A DNA stretch of 64,000 nt from the human T2T-CHM13v2.0 reference genome, Homo sapiens. This document shows positions 13,351-28,229 of the stretch, in pieces. The stretch lies in NCBI RefSeq assembly GCF_009914755.1, contig NC_060945.1; one strand, given 5' to 3'. The notes under the pieces were generated by a model. That model saw nothing but the letters and a program-made list of their open reading frames with translations, was not told the origin of the DNA and ran no database searches. The first letter of the stretch is position 1. Every line of letters begins with the position of its first letter. A program made the position numbers and the translations under genes.

Positions 13351-14609
13351 TGAGATGATGGATTAGAAGAATAGATTTCAGTGTTTAAGCACATTTGCTT
13401 GTGCAAAGCATAATTGTGTCCACCTGCAGTAGTGTGTGTATGTGCATAAATTTATATATCTATAAAATAAGAATGCTGAACTATACTCACATGACTGTTC
13501 ATAGAAAAATGTAGACACACTTTGTGCTTTACCAATTACTGCTATTTCAAAAAACACATTTCTTTATAATTCATTCTGTGACTTTATTCCTCTTAAATAT
13601 GGTTGGGTCAAGTTACTTAAACTTTGGCACAAAAAATGTTTGTCTCAGCATTCTTTTTTAATGATTTAGGCAGAATTGAAAAACTCGAGTCATAAGATCC
13701 AGTGAATACACCTCATTATTAAATAATGCTGTTTCTTGTTACAGCTACTAGCTGCTCTAGCTGGGTACCCTGGCTCGAACTCTCAAATCATTTAAAGCCT
13801 ACATTTTAAAAACAGTTTTAAATCTAATCTCTTTTTTATATCTGATATGACTTTTAAGCTTACTACATTCATCCTCTGACATTCTGCAAGGGAAACATGA
13901 ATTAATCATTGAGTTTGTCCAACAAGGAAAGATGCATCTTACTGATACTGTGAGCTTCCAGTGTGGTACACACAAGCTGTTTCTGAGATTATAGCACAAG
14001 CAAACATTCCCACAGCTATTGTGTTGCTGTTTGCTCAGTTCCCAGTCTCTTAGAATTCCAGGTTGTGATAGTACAGCAGTGGAATCTATGCTTATGTAGT
14101 GTTGATTCTGTTATTGTACTCACTGCAAACCTAGAGGTTACTATCTGTTAATAGCAAAACAAACTTGGCCAAGGGTTATTATGATGTATCTTCTGAAAGC
14201 ATTTACCAGAAACAGTTTGTTAATTGTTACAAAAATTGTATTTTATTTCATAGTCACAAATGTTTATATATTTTTAAAAATATGAAATGTAGCCAGAGAG
14301 AAAATAATAATTCCGTTATTGCTTATAATTTGACAGATCAATTTAGAATGAGGAAGCATATTTTAAAGAGCAAATGGTACATTTTCTTTGTCTGAAGTCT
14401 GCCTAGAAAACAGATTTTATGTGACGGACTACTGGGTGGCTTCTTTCATATCCAGCTAGTAGTGTTATTGACTGATTTTGCCAGCTCTGCAGCTCATGTG
14501 CTTTTTAACTTAATTTTTGTTCCCGCTTTCTCTCATTGATTTGTAAGCAGCTTAAGATCAGAATGCTGTCATCTAATTCATTGGTATCTCCCTCCAAGGA
14601 ATGGAGTTT

Positions 14610-17348
14610 TATTTTATGTTAAAATTTTTTTCTGGGTACAGAGTAGGTGTGTATATTTATGTGGTACATGAGATGTTTTGATATAAGCATGCAATGTGAA
14701 ATAAGCACATCATCAAGAATGGAGTATCTATCACCTTCATTGAGCTGCAAACAATCCAATTACACTATTATTTTAAAATGTTATTCTTCAATATAGTCAC
14801 CATGTTGTGTTATCAAATAGTAGCTCTTATTCATTCTTTCTATTTTTTAAAAAATGTTTTTACCCATTCACCATCCCCGCCTCTACCCACAATCCCCCAC
14901 TACCACTTCCCAGCTTCTGGTACCTATCCTTTCTACTCTCTCTGTCCATGACTTCAGTCTTTTTGATTTTTAGATCCCCAAAACAACTGAGAACATGGGT
15001 GTTTGTCTTTCTGTGCCTGGATTATTTCACTTAACGATCTCCAGTACCATCCATGTTGTTGCAAATGACAGGATATCATTCTTTTTTATAGCTGAATAAT
15101 ACTCCATTGTGTATATGTATATGTACCACATTATCTTTATCCATTCATCTGTTGATAGACACTTATGTCGTTTTCAACTCTTAGCTATTGTAAATAGTGC
15201 TGCAACAAACATAGGTGTGCAGATAGCTCTTCAATATTCTCATTTCCTTTCTTTTAGGTATATAACCAGCAATGAAATTGCTGGATCATGTAGTAGCTCA
15301 ATTTTTGTTTTTTGAGGAAACTCCAAACTGTTCTCCATAGTGGTTGTACAAATTTACATTCCACCCAACAGTGTACAAGGATTCTCTTTTGTCCACATCC
15401 TCGCAAGCATTTGTTACTGCCTGTATTTTGGACATAAGCCATTTTAACTGAGGTGAGATGATATCTCATTATAGTTTTGATTTGCATTTCTCTGATGATG
15501 AGTAATGTTGAGCACCTTTTCGTATGCTGCTTTGCCATTTGTATGTCTTCTTTTGAGAAATGTCTCTTCAAAACTTGCCCATCTTTTGACTGGATTATTA
15601 TTTTTTTTCCTAGAGTTGTGTGAGTTCCTTATATATTCCAGTTATTAATTCCTTATCACATGGGTAGTTTGAAAATATTTTCTCCCATTCTCTGTGGATT
15701 GTCTCTTCACTTTGTTGATTGTATTCTTTACTGGGCAGAATCTTTTAAACTTGGTGTGATCCCATTTGTCCATGTTTGCTTTGGTTGCCTGTGCTTGTGG
15801 AGTATTGCTCAAGAAGTCTTTGCCTAGACCCATGTTGTAGAGCTTTCCCCCATGTTTTCTTGTAGTACTTTCACAGTTTGAGGTCTTAGACTTAAGTCTT
15901 CAATCCATTTTGATTTGATTTGAGAGAGACAGGGGTCTAGTTTTGTTTTTGCATATGGATATCCAGTTTTCACAGCACTATTTATTGAAGAGACTGTCTT
16001 TTTCCCAGTGTATGTTCTTGGCACCTTTGTAAAAAAAAAAAAAAAAAAATGAGTTCACTGTAGGTGCGTGGATTTGTGCCTGAGTTTTCTATTCTGTTCC
16101 ACTGTTCTATGTGTCTGTTTTTATGCCAGTACCATGCTGCTTTTGTTACCATAGCTCTGTAGTATAATTTGAGGTCAGGTAATGTGATTCCTCCAGTTTT
16201 ATTCTTTTTGCTTAGGATAGCTTTGGCTATTCTCGGTCTTTTGTGGTTCCATATTAGTATGAGGATTGATTTTTTTCTATTTCTTTGAAGAATGTCATGG
16301 GAATTTTGATAGGGATTACACTGAATCTATAGATTTCTTTGGGTAGAATGGACATTTTAACAATATTGATTTTCCAATCCTTGAACATGGATTTGTTTTT
16401 TCATTTTTTTTTTGATGTACTCTTCAACTTCTTTCATCAATTTATAGTTTTCGTTATAGAGATCTTTTACTTGTTTGGTTAAGTTAGTTCCTGCATATTT
16501 AATTTTATATATGATTATCATAAATGGGATTTTTTAAATATTTCCTTTTCAGATTGTTCACTGTTGGTATATAGAAATGCTACTGGTTTTTATATGGTGA
16601 TTTTGTATCCTGCAACTTTACTGAATTTATCAGTTCTAATAGTTTTGGGGGGAGTCTTTAGATTTTTCCAGATATAAGATCTTATCATCTGCAAACAAGG
16701 ATAATTTTACTTATCCTCCTTTTCAATTTGGATGAGCTTTATATCTTTCTCTTGTTTGATTGCTGTAGCGAGGATTTACAGTGCAATGTTGAATAACAGT
16801 GATGGCAATGGTCATTCTTATATATTCCCAATCTTAGAGGAAAAATTTTCAGTATTTCCTCATTCAGTATGATACTAGTTATGGGTCTGTCATATGTGGC
16901 TTTTGTTATGTTGAGGTATATTTCTTCTATGCCCAGTTTTTTTAGGGTTTTTATTATGAAGGGATGCTGAATTTTATCAAATGCTTTTTCAGCATCAATT
17001 GAAATAATCACATGGTTTTTATCCTTCATACTCTTGATAGGATGTATCACATTGATTGGTTTGCATATGTTGAACCATCCTTGCATCCCAGGGATTAATG
17101 AGTGATTTTTGTAATATATTGTTATAATGATTGATTTTTGTAATGTGTTGTTGAATTCTGTTTGTTAGTATTTTATTGAGAATTTTTTCATCAATATTCA
17201 TCAGCAATATTGGCTTGTGGTTTTCTATTTTTGATGTGTCTTTGTCTGGTTTTCATATCAGGATAATACCACCCTCATACAATGTGTTTGGAAGTATTTT
17301 CTTTGCTTTTATTTTTTAAAATAGTTTGAGTAAGATTGGTATAAGTTC
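14610..17348 (-). mobile_element. L1MA (L1MA1-3-like) 3'UTR and 3' part of ORF2
   Basis: L1MA 3'UTR start plus minus-strand ORF2 peptides ([15 protein letters not shown]...[16 protein letters not shown]; [13 protein letters not shown]). Confidence 0.9.
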
Positions 17349-19096
17349 TTTTTTTTAATTTCAATAGGTTTTTGGGGAACAGATAGTGTTTGGTTACATT
17401 ATTAAGTTCTTTAGTGGTGATTTTTTGATGCATCCAACACCCAAGCAGTGTACCATGTACCCAGTGTGTAGTCTTTTATCCTTCATCCTTCTCCTACCAT
17501 TTTCCCCAAGTTGCCAAAGTCCATTGTATCATTCTTATGCCTTTGCATCCTTATAGCTTTGCATCCCACTTATGAGTGAGAACATACAATGTTTGGATTT
17601 CCATTCCTGAAATATTTCGCTTAGAATAATGGTCTCCAATTCCCTGTGAATGCCATTATTTCATTCTTTTTTAATGGCTGAGTAGTATTCAATGGTGTGT
17701 GTATATATATATATAAATTGTGGTATATATATACACACCACAATTTTTTAATCCATTGGTCGATTAATGGGCATTTGTGCTGGTTCCAATTTTTGCAACT
17801 GCAATTTGTGCTACGATAAACTTGTGTGTGCAAATATCTTTTTCCTGTAATCACTACTTTTCTGCTGAGTAGATACCCAATATGGGATTACTGAATCAAA
17901 TGGTAGTTCTACTTTAGTTCTTTAAGGAATCTCCACACTGTTTTCCATAGTGGTTGTACTAGTTTTCATTTTCATCAGCAGTGTAAAAGTGCTCCCTTTC
18001 CACCACATTCATGCCAACATCTATTTTTTTTTATTTTTTGATTCTGTGAAGAATGATGGTGTTATTTTGAAGGAAATTGCGTTAAATTTGTAGACTGCTT
18101 TTGATTCTGGCCATTCTTGCAGGAGTGAGATGGTATCGCATTGTGATTTGGATTTGCATTTCCCTGATCATTAGTGATGTTGAGCATTTTTTCATATGTT
18201 TGTTGGCCATTTGTATATCTTCTATTGAGAATTGTCTATTTATGTCCTTAGTTCACTTTTTAATGAGATTGTTTGTTTTCTTCTTGCTGATTTGTTTGAG
18301 TTCCTTGTAGATTCTGGATATTAGTCCTGTGCTGGATGTATAGCTTGCAAAGATGTTCTCGCACTCTGTGGTTTGTCTGTTTACTCTGCCGGATGTTTCT
18401 TTGCTATGCAGAAGCATTTTAGTTTAATTAAGTTCCATCTATTTTTCTTTGTTTTTGCTGCATTTGCTTTTGGGTTCTTGGTCATGAAGTGTTTGCTTAA
18501 ACCAATATCTAGAAGGGTTTTTCCAATGTTAACTTATAGAATCTTTATGGTTTCAGTTCTTAGATTTAAGTCCTTGATCTATCTTGTGTTTATTGTTGTA
18601 CGAAGTGAGAAATGAGGATTCAGTTTCATTCTTCTACAAGTGGCTTGCTAATAATTATCACAGCATCATTTCTCAAATAGAGTGTCTTTTCCATACTTTG
18701 TGTTTTTGTTTGCTTTGTGAAAAATCAGTTGGCTGCAAGTATTTGGCTTTATTTCTGGGTTCTCTTTTCTGTTACATTGGTCTATGTGCCTATTTTTATA
18801 CCAGTAGCATGCTGTTTTGGTGACTATGGCCTTATAGTATAGTTTGAAGTCAGGTAATGTGCTATGCCTTCAGATTTGTTATTTTTGCTTAGTCTTGCTT
18901 TGGCTATGTGGGCTCTATTTTGGTTCCATATGAATTTTAAGATTTGTTTTTATAGTTCTGTAAAGAATGTTGGTGTTATTTTGATGGGAATTGCATTGAA
19001 TTTGTAGAGCTTTGGGCAGTGTTGCCATTTTCACAATATTGATTCTACCAATGCATGAGCATGGGATGTGTTTCCCTTTATTTGTGTTGTCTGTGA

Positions 19097-19588
<492 letters not shown>

Positions 19589-21480
19589 AGGGGTTGAGTT
19601 ATTGATTTGATTCTCAGCTTGGTCGATTTTGGTGTATAGAAGAGCTACTGATTTGTGTACATTAATTTTGTATCTGGAGACTTTGCTGAATTCTTTCATC
19701 AGTTCTAGGAACTTTCTGGAGGAGTCTTTAGGGTTTTATAGGTAAACAATTATATGATCAGCAAACAGTGACAGTTTGACTTCCTCTTTACTGATTTGGA
19801 TGCCCTTTATTTCTTTCTCTTGTCTGATTGCTCTGGCTAGGACTTTCAGTACGATGTTGAAGAGGAGTGGTGAGAGTGGGCATCTTTGTCTTGTTTCAAT
19901 TCTCAGAGGGAATTCTTTCAACTTTCCCCCATGCAGTATTATGTTGGCTGTGGGTTTGTTACACATGGCTTTTATTACATTATATGCCAGTTTTGCTGAG
20001 AGTCTTAATCATAAAGGATGTTGGGTTTTGTCAAGTGCTTTTTCTGCATCTATTGAGATGATCATGTGATTTTTGTTTTTAATTCTGTTTATGTGGTGTA
20101 TCACATTTACTGACTTGTGTATGTTAAATCATTCCTGCATTCCTGATTTGAAACTCACTTAATTGTGGTGGATTATCTTTTTGAAATGTTGTTGGATTTG
20201 GTTAGCTAGTATTGTGTTAATGATTTTAACATCTATGTTCATCAGGGACATTGTTCTGTAGTTTTCTTTTTTGGTTATGTCCTTTCCTGGTTTTCGTATT
20301 TGGGTGATATAGGCTTCATATGAATAGAATAATTTAGAGAGGATTCCCTCTTTCTGTATCTTGTGGAATAGTGTCAATAGATAGTACCAGTTCTTCTTTG
20401 AAAGTCTGATGTAATTCAGCTGTGAATCCAACAGGTCCTAGACTTTTCTTTTGTTGTCGGCAATTTTTTTTTTTTTAGCACCATTTCAATCTTGCTGCTT
20501 GTTATTGGTCTGTTCAGAGTTTCTATTTCTTCCTGGTTTAATCTTGGAGGGTTGTATATTTCCAGGAATGTACCCATCTCCTTTAGGTTTTCTAGTTTAT
20601 GCATTTAAAGGTGTTCATGGTAGCCTTGCATGATCTTTTGTATTTCTGTGGTATTGGTTGTAATATCTCCTGTTTCATTTCTAATTGAGCTTATTTTGGA
20701 TCTTCCCTCTTCTTTTCTTGGTTAATCTCACTAATGGTCTATCAATTTTATTTATATTTTTAAATAACCAGCTTTTTGTTTCATTTATTTTTTGTGATTT
20801 TTTTTGTTTCAGTTTTATTTAGTTCTGCTCTGATTTTTGCTATTTCTTTTCTTCTGCTGGGTTTGGTTTTGGTTTGTTCTTGTTTCTCTAGTTTTTCAAG
20901 GTATAACCTTAGATTGTCTATTTGTGCTCTTTCAGACTTATTGATGTAGGTATTTAAAGCTGTGAACTTTCCTCTTAGCACTGCCTTTGCCATATCTCAG
21001 AGGTTTTGATATGTTGTGTCACTATTATTCAATTCAAAGAATTTTTAAATTTAAATTTCCATCTTGATTTTATTGTTGACCCAGTGATCATTCAGGAGCA
21101 GGTTATTTAATCTCCATGTATTTCCATGGTTTTAAGGTTTCCTTCTGGAGTTGATTTCCAATTTTATTCCACTGTGGTCTGAGAGCACCTGATATAATTT
21201 CAGTTTTCTTAAATGTATTGAGACTTGTTTTGTCTCAATTATTATATGGTCTATCTTGGCGAATGTTCCATGCACTGATAAATAGAGTGTACATTCTGCA
21301 GTTGTTGGGTAGAATGTTCTGTAAATTTCTGTTAAGTCCGTTTGTTGTAGAGTATAGTTCAAATCCATTGTGTCTTTTTTGACTTTCTGTCTTGATGGCC
21401 TGTCTAGTACTGTCAGTGGAGTATTGAAGTCCCTCACTATTGTTGTGTTGCTGCCTATCTCATTTCTTAGGTCTAGTAGT

Positions 21481-21807
21481 AGTTTTATAAATTTGGGAGC
21501 CCCAGTGTTAGGTGCGTGTATATGTATATGCTAGGTGTGTGTGTGTGTATATATATGTTATATATATGTTATATATGTTATATATTATATATATGTTATA
21601 TATATGTTATATATATGTTTTATATATATATGTTAGGTGCATATATGTATATATATGTGTATATATACAGGATTGTGATATTTTCCTGTTGCACTAGTTC
21701 TCTTATCATTATATAATGTCCCTCTTTTTCTTTTTAATTGCTGTTGCTTTAAAGTTTGTTTTGTCTGATATAAGTTTTATAAATTTGGGAGCCCCAATGT
21801 TAGGTGC

Positions 21808-21860
<53 letters not shown>

Positions 21861-22192
21861 AGGTGCACATATATATATATGTAATATATATATGTTTTAT
21901 ATATATATGTTATATATGTTATATATATGTTTTATATATATGTTATATATATGTTTTATATATGTGTTATATATATGTTTTATATATGTGTTATATATAT
22001 GTTTTATATATATATGTTAGGTGTGTATATGTATACGTATATATGTATACATATACGTATATATACATATATATACACATATATATAGGATTGTGATATT
22101 TTCCTGTTACACTAGTCCTCTTATCATTATATAATGTCCTTCTTTGTCTTTTTAATTGCTATTGCTTTAAAGTTTGTTTTGTCTGATGTAAG
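21481..22192. repeat. Tandem duplication of an L1PB segment, each copy with a TA-rich compound microsatellite
   Basis: AGTTTTATAAATTTGGGAGCCCC...GTTTGTTTTGTCTGAT(A/G)TAAG occurs at 21481-21774 and 21773-22192. Confidence 0.92.
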
Positions 22193-22749
22193 AATAGCTA
22201 TTCCTGCTTGTTTTTGGTGTCCACTTGCATAGAATAACTTTTTCCACCCCTCTACCTAAAGTTTATGTGAGTCCTTATGCATTAGGTGAGTCTCTTGAAG
22301 ACAGCACATACTTAGTTGGTGAATTCTTATCCATTCTGTGATTTTGTGTCTTTTAAGTGGAGCATTTATGTCATTTACACTCAATGTTAGTATTGAGATG
22401 TGAGGTACTTTTCTTTCCATCATGCTAATTCTTGCCTGAATCCTTTGTTTTTTCAACTGTGTTTTTGTTTCATAGGTCCTGTGAGATTTATGTTTTAAGG
22501 AGGTTCTATTTTGGTGTATTTCAAGGATTCGTTTCAAGATTTAGAGCTCCTTTTAACAGTTCTTGTAGTGCTGGCTGGCTTGGTACTGTCAAATTCTCTC
22601 AGCAATTGTTTGAAAAAGACTATTTTTTCTTCCTTTATGAAGCTTAGTTTTGCTAGATACAAAATTCTTGGCTGATAATTGTTTTGTTTTAGGAGGCTGA
22701 AGATGGGGCTCCAATCCCTTCTAGCTTGTAGGGTTTCTTCTCAGAAACC

Positions 22750-23700
22750 CTCTTAGATATTGGTCTTAAAGCCTTGCCCTTGTGAGGGTATTTTCCAGAT
22801 TCTGTATGCATGCTTTATTGTTTTCTATTCTTTTATCTTTTGTCTCCTCTGACTGTATTTTTAAGTAGCCTGTTCTTCACACTCACAAATTTGTTCTTCT
22901 TCTTGATCTATTCTGCTATTAATGGACTCATGCATTCTTCATTATGCCAAATGCATTTTTCAGCTCAAGAATTTATGCTTCTTTTTGGTTATTTTGATCT
23001 CTTTGTTAAATTTTTCTGATATAATTTTGAATTGCTTCTCTGTGTTATCGTGAATTTCTTTGAGTTTACTCAACACAGCTATTTTGAATTCTCTGTCTGA
23101 AAGGTCACATATGTCTGTTTCTCCAGGATTGGTCCCTGGTGCCTTATTTAGTTCACCTGGTGACATCATGTTTTCCTGGATGGTACTGAAGCTAGTAGAT
23201 GTTCTTCAGTGCCTGGGCGTTGAAGAGTCAGGTATTTATTGTAGTCTTCAGTGTCTAGGCTTATTTGTAGCTGTCCAGAATTCTTGGGGAGGCTTACCAG
23301 ATATTTGAAAGAACTTGGGTGTTATGACCTAAGGCGTTTCTGGTATAGGGAGCATCCCAAGCCCAGTAACTCTGTGGTGCTTGCAGACTCACAGAGGTAC
23401 CAACTTGATGGTCTTGGACAAGATCCGGGAGAATTTTCTGGATTACCAGGCAAAAACTCTTGTTCTCTTTCCGTGCTTTCTCCCAAACATACAGTCTCTC
23501 TCTCTGTTCTGAGCCACCTAAAACTGGGAATGGAGTGACACAAGCACCCCTGTGGCCACCACCACTGTGACTGCACTGAGTCAGATGTGAAGACAGCACA
23601 CCGCTAGGTCTTGCACGGGCCTGCTGTAACCATTCCCTGGCTACTGCCTATGTTCACTCAAGGCCCCACAATCAGCGGGTGGCAAAGGCAGCCAAGAATG
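22750..23700 (-). mobile_element. L1MA/L1M1-type ORF1 5' part and 5' region
   Basis: Minus-strand peptide ELNKAPGTNPGETDICDLSDREFKIAVLSKLKEI is an L1M ORF1 N-terminus. A more GC-rich 5'UTR-like sequence continues to ~23700. Confidence 0.85.
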
Positions 23701-23914
23701 GTCAAGGAAAGGAGTTTTAAATGAGGTGGATACAGTAAATGTTGATGACATAGATTATTCAGGCAGAAATATGATGTTTCATCAAGCGGATGGAACTTAT
23801 CAAGAAGAAAATACATAATTCTACTTCCTTTACTTCTTTCCAATCTTGGAAATTATGAAGGGTTAAAAAACTTAATGTTGTGAAATGGGTATGAGGAAGA
23901 GAGATGGAAATTTT

Positions 23915-24020
23915 ACCCTTAGTTCTGCCGTGAACTAGTGATGTGACGTTGCTTTGCTTCTCTGTAAAGTGAGGAAGTTGAACCAGTTGATTTTTAAATT
24001 ACCTTCTAGTTATAAGACTA
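23915..24020 (+). mobile_element. MIR/MIR3 fragment
   Basis: TAGTTCTGCC...ACTAGTGATGTGACGTTG...CTGTAAAGTGAGGAAGTTGAACCAG. Confidence 0.55.
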
Positions 24021-24357
24021 ATGCTGTTTTAATGAAGGGCATCATAATTTTTAATAATAATTCTCTACACCAGATAATAGTCTGTTACATTTCTAGAATG
24101 TAAAACTTGGGCCACTTAAGCTGAAACCTTATGATCATGTCCACATAATGGATTTCAATCTCAGCACCTATTTTTTTAATAATTTAAAAAGATGTTATTA
24201 AATCTAAAAGTCTTAGTTTTGTCATTTTGTTATTTTTTAGCTGTTATTTTGTTTTATTGTAGCAATATGGAGTGATTTTTCTTTTTTCTTTTTACCTTTA
24301 CCAACTGTCAATTTAAACATTACTAAATTGACTAATCGTTTTGAATAACAATGAGTC

Positions 24358-24654
24358 TTTTTTTTTTTTTTTTAAATTTTGAGATGGAGTCTTGCTCTGT
24401 CACCCATGCTGGAGTGCAGTGGCATGATCTCAACTCACTGCCACCTCTGCCTCCTGGGCTCAAGTGATCCTCCCACTTCAGTCTCCTGAGTAGCTGAGGT
24501 GCCACCACCATGCCTGGCTAATTTTTGTATTTTTGATAGAGATGGGGTTTCACCATGTTGCCCAGGCTGGCCTTGAGCTCCGGAGCTCAAGCAATCAACC
24601 TGCCTCAGCCTCTCAACATGCTGGGATTACAAGCATGAGCCACCACGCCCCACC
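24358..24654 (-). mobile_element. AluJb-like
   Basis: Poly-T tail, J-type GGGCTCAAGTGATCCTCCC, dimer with a small internal deletion. Confidence 0.9.
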
Positions 24655-24904
24655 AAGAGTTTTAATCATTACATTCATGCTCTACAGAGCACAAACATGC
24701 TCATGCTTTTATTCTAATGCTCATGTGCCCTTTGTCACTATCAGTGTTGCCAGTCTCATGTATGTATGAGAAGGAACAGAGAATGCCTTGCCACAGTGTA
24801 TCGTTACCAAATACACCACTAACACTCACTGTGTATAATAATGTTAAAGCAGTTAGCTATTTTTTTAAATTCTCTATTTCATCTATTTTCTGTTTCTTTT
24901 CCAG

Positions 24905-24953
24905 GACATCCATAAAAATTCATCAGAGAGCATTTTACTACTGAGCTGCAAAG
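24905..24953 (+). ncRNA. MIR99AHG: 49-nt internal exon, probably of a lncRNA (tentatively MIR99AHG/LINC00478)
   Basis: Seen: long pyrimidine tract and acceptor (TCTATTTTCTGTTTCTTTTCCAG|G) and donor AAG|GTAGGA in unique sequence. The gene assignment is from memory only: I recall ACTACTGAGCTGCAAAG-GGA as MIR99AHG spliced sequence. Not verified by search. Confidence 0.62.
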
Positions 24954-25759
24954 GTAGGAAAAATAAATTTTTTTTGGTTAGAAAATATACTTCTTTCATC
25001 TGCGTTTCAATAATTTATTCCCCTTGTTAGATATACATGGAATTGATATTGCTTATTCTGACTAAGTGAAAAGTGTTATTTCTACTTACTGCTCAATTAG
25101 AAACATGTAGTGTTTAATTGTCAGTTTGAATTTTTCTTTCATACTATTACAGTTTATATTTTACTATAGGCAGAATTTCCTCTTTATCCTAAATTTTGAT
25201 ATTCTCCATAATTTCATCGTGCCTTGACATTGCTGTATATAATTTCTATACATCAGGAAGGCAATTCTGTGTGCATGTGTGTGTGTATATATATAGTTAG
25301 AAGTTAGAAACTGAAACTCTTTTTTGTCTACCATCATTTCATATTTTTCTTGCTATTTCAAACCTATAATTTTTAAAGAAACGACTAACGTAATCATTCA
25401 TAGAATATGCTGTCAGTAACTTAACAATATAAATGTTAACATGGAGGCATTTAGTTCAGCATTTGCTTTACTTAATAGAGTGCAGAAAATGTGGCCCTTT
25501 TCTCAGTTAGGGTGTATGTGAAGATAAATTTAGAATTTCTAGACTAGTAAATACTTCTCTGATAATAACTTAATTATAGCTATTTCAAACCAAATTGTTT
25601 AATTGTGGTGAATCATATGTAAATTGTTCAGATGTAGGTCAACACCCACGCCCACATTCTAGCACCTCTTTCCTAATTCAAGACAACTTTGCAGTGCCTA
25701 AAAGAGCTGAACAGTGCAGATTAGAGACATAAGACAAAAAAAAAAAAAAAACACAAAAC

Positions 25760-25821
25760 AATGGTAACATAAAAACCAACCGTGTCAGAATGGTAACACA
25801 AAAACCAACCAGGAGTCAGAA
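25760..25821. repeat. ~29-bp tandem duplication
   Basis: AATGGTAACA(T/C)AAAAACCAACC...GTCAG occurs twice (25760, 25789). Confidence 0.9.
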
Positions 25822-26293
25822 AGTCTCTGTAATAATGAATAGGCAGGTTGTATTTATTTAGACTTTGCTTGATTATTTCTTAGGCTTTATATGTTTGTAG
25901 ATAACAGTTTCCTCACTGCTCACGAGATTTGTGGCAAGCAAACTCATGGTGCTTCTAGGATATTAAATTTTCTCATCTGTAAAGTACATGCAATAGCATC
26001 ATTATTGTCTACTCATTGAACTGAAATAAGGATTAAACAAATCAAGGACTGTAAAATGAACGTGTGACTCCTCAAATCCCATACGGGAAGAACATGCTGT
26101 TTTTCTTGATCTGGTTGAGTCAAAGATCACTGATGGCAAGAATGCCTTCTGTAGCTGCAGGTGAGGACAACTGAGATACGGTGCAATTGCAGAAAGTAAA
26201 TAAACTTTTTATTTTTTGAGCTGTTACATTATAGTTCTAATCTATGGATGCCTTTGTGATGCAGCATTGTATCATTTTCTGATGAATGGCTAA

Positions 26294-26731
<438 letters not shown>

Positions 26732-27908
26732 TAGGTGATTATTGCTGATGTTTTTGGTATATTGACAGAAAATAGTCTTGCTGCTTGTTGATGTATACTA
26801 CTTTTTGGCTTTAATGATAATAAAATTATAATTTTGCCTTAATATAAACTTAATTTTTATTGTCACTTATCACGAGAATTTGTTCAAGGATTTGAACTTA
26901 TATCTGCATATAATTTATGATTTTTGACATTTTCTAAAAATTAATTATCGAAAAAAGTGGCAATTGTTTATTTTAATTCTTAGAGGGGTAAAATAAATGG
27001 TGTATCCTTTGCGCTTCTTTCAATATGAGTATCTTTGTTGTTTTAATTATTTAAGATAAAAAAATAAGAATTACACTAAACATAAAATGATATATCCCTC
27101 AAAGTTAGCTACTACAAAAGTTTTCGTATTTATTCTTTCAGATTCTTTCTTTATATACAGAAACATCAATATCAATATGAGCATATAATGTTTCCATATC
27201 ATATATATGATCCTCTGGATTTTTTTTTGGTGTTTACCATTTTAATTATGGGCATTCTTCTAAGTCTATGTATGTTCTCTATTTCATCGTTTGTAATGGC
27301 TGCACATTAGTCAATATTTTGGATGTATCATGATTTATTTAATAGGTCCTCTAAGCTTTTGTTTAAAAAATAGAACTTTAAAATAGAATAAAAAGAGGCC
27401 TCTCTTAATTACAGGTTTGGCAGGCATACAAAAGAATAATTCTCACTTGTATACTGAATCAAGAAATTAAGGAGTAAAGAAAAAGTGTTACAGTAAAGAG
27501 TCATTGAAAATAGTATTGAGTAAGTGTGTATTAGTGGGCTGGGTAAAGGAAAGCTAATAATATAGATATTCATGCAAGTGTGTTGTAGGTGTGTAAAATG
27601 GAACAGCTACCCATTTCTTCAGAGTTTATCTCAAATGGCACCTCCTTCCATAAGCACTCAGAGACTTTTCCCTTCATTCCCACTCTCACCAGTTGTCTTA
27701 CATCGCTATAAAAATTCAGGGAAAAATAGACCTTTTCATGTTATGTCCCATGTACAAATTCATTTTGTATGCATCTTTTTTTTTCCTCACTAGGCTGTTA
27801 ACCCCTAGAGGGTAATGACTGTGTGTTATTCATCTTTGAACCTAATAGATGCAGAAAAAAATATTCATTCAATTAAATTGGAACAAAGTGTAAGAAAAGA
27901 AAGTAATC

Positions 27909-28229
<321 letters not shown>

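Noticed and set aside
21512-22096. Tyr/Ile/Cys-rich ORFs (also 30936-31185)
   Set aside because: Translations of TA/TG simple repeats.
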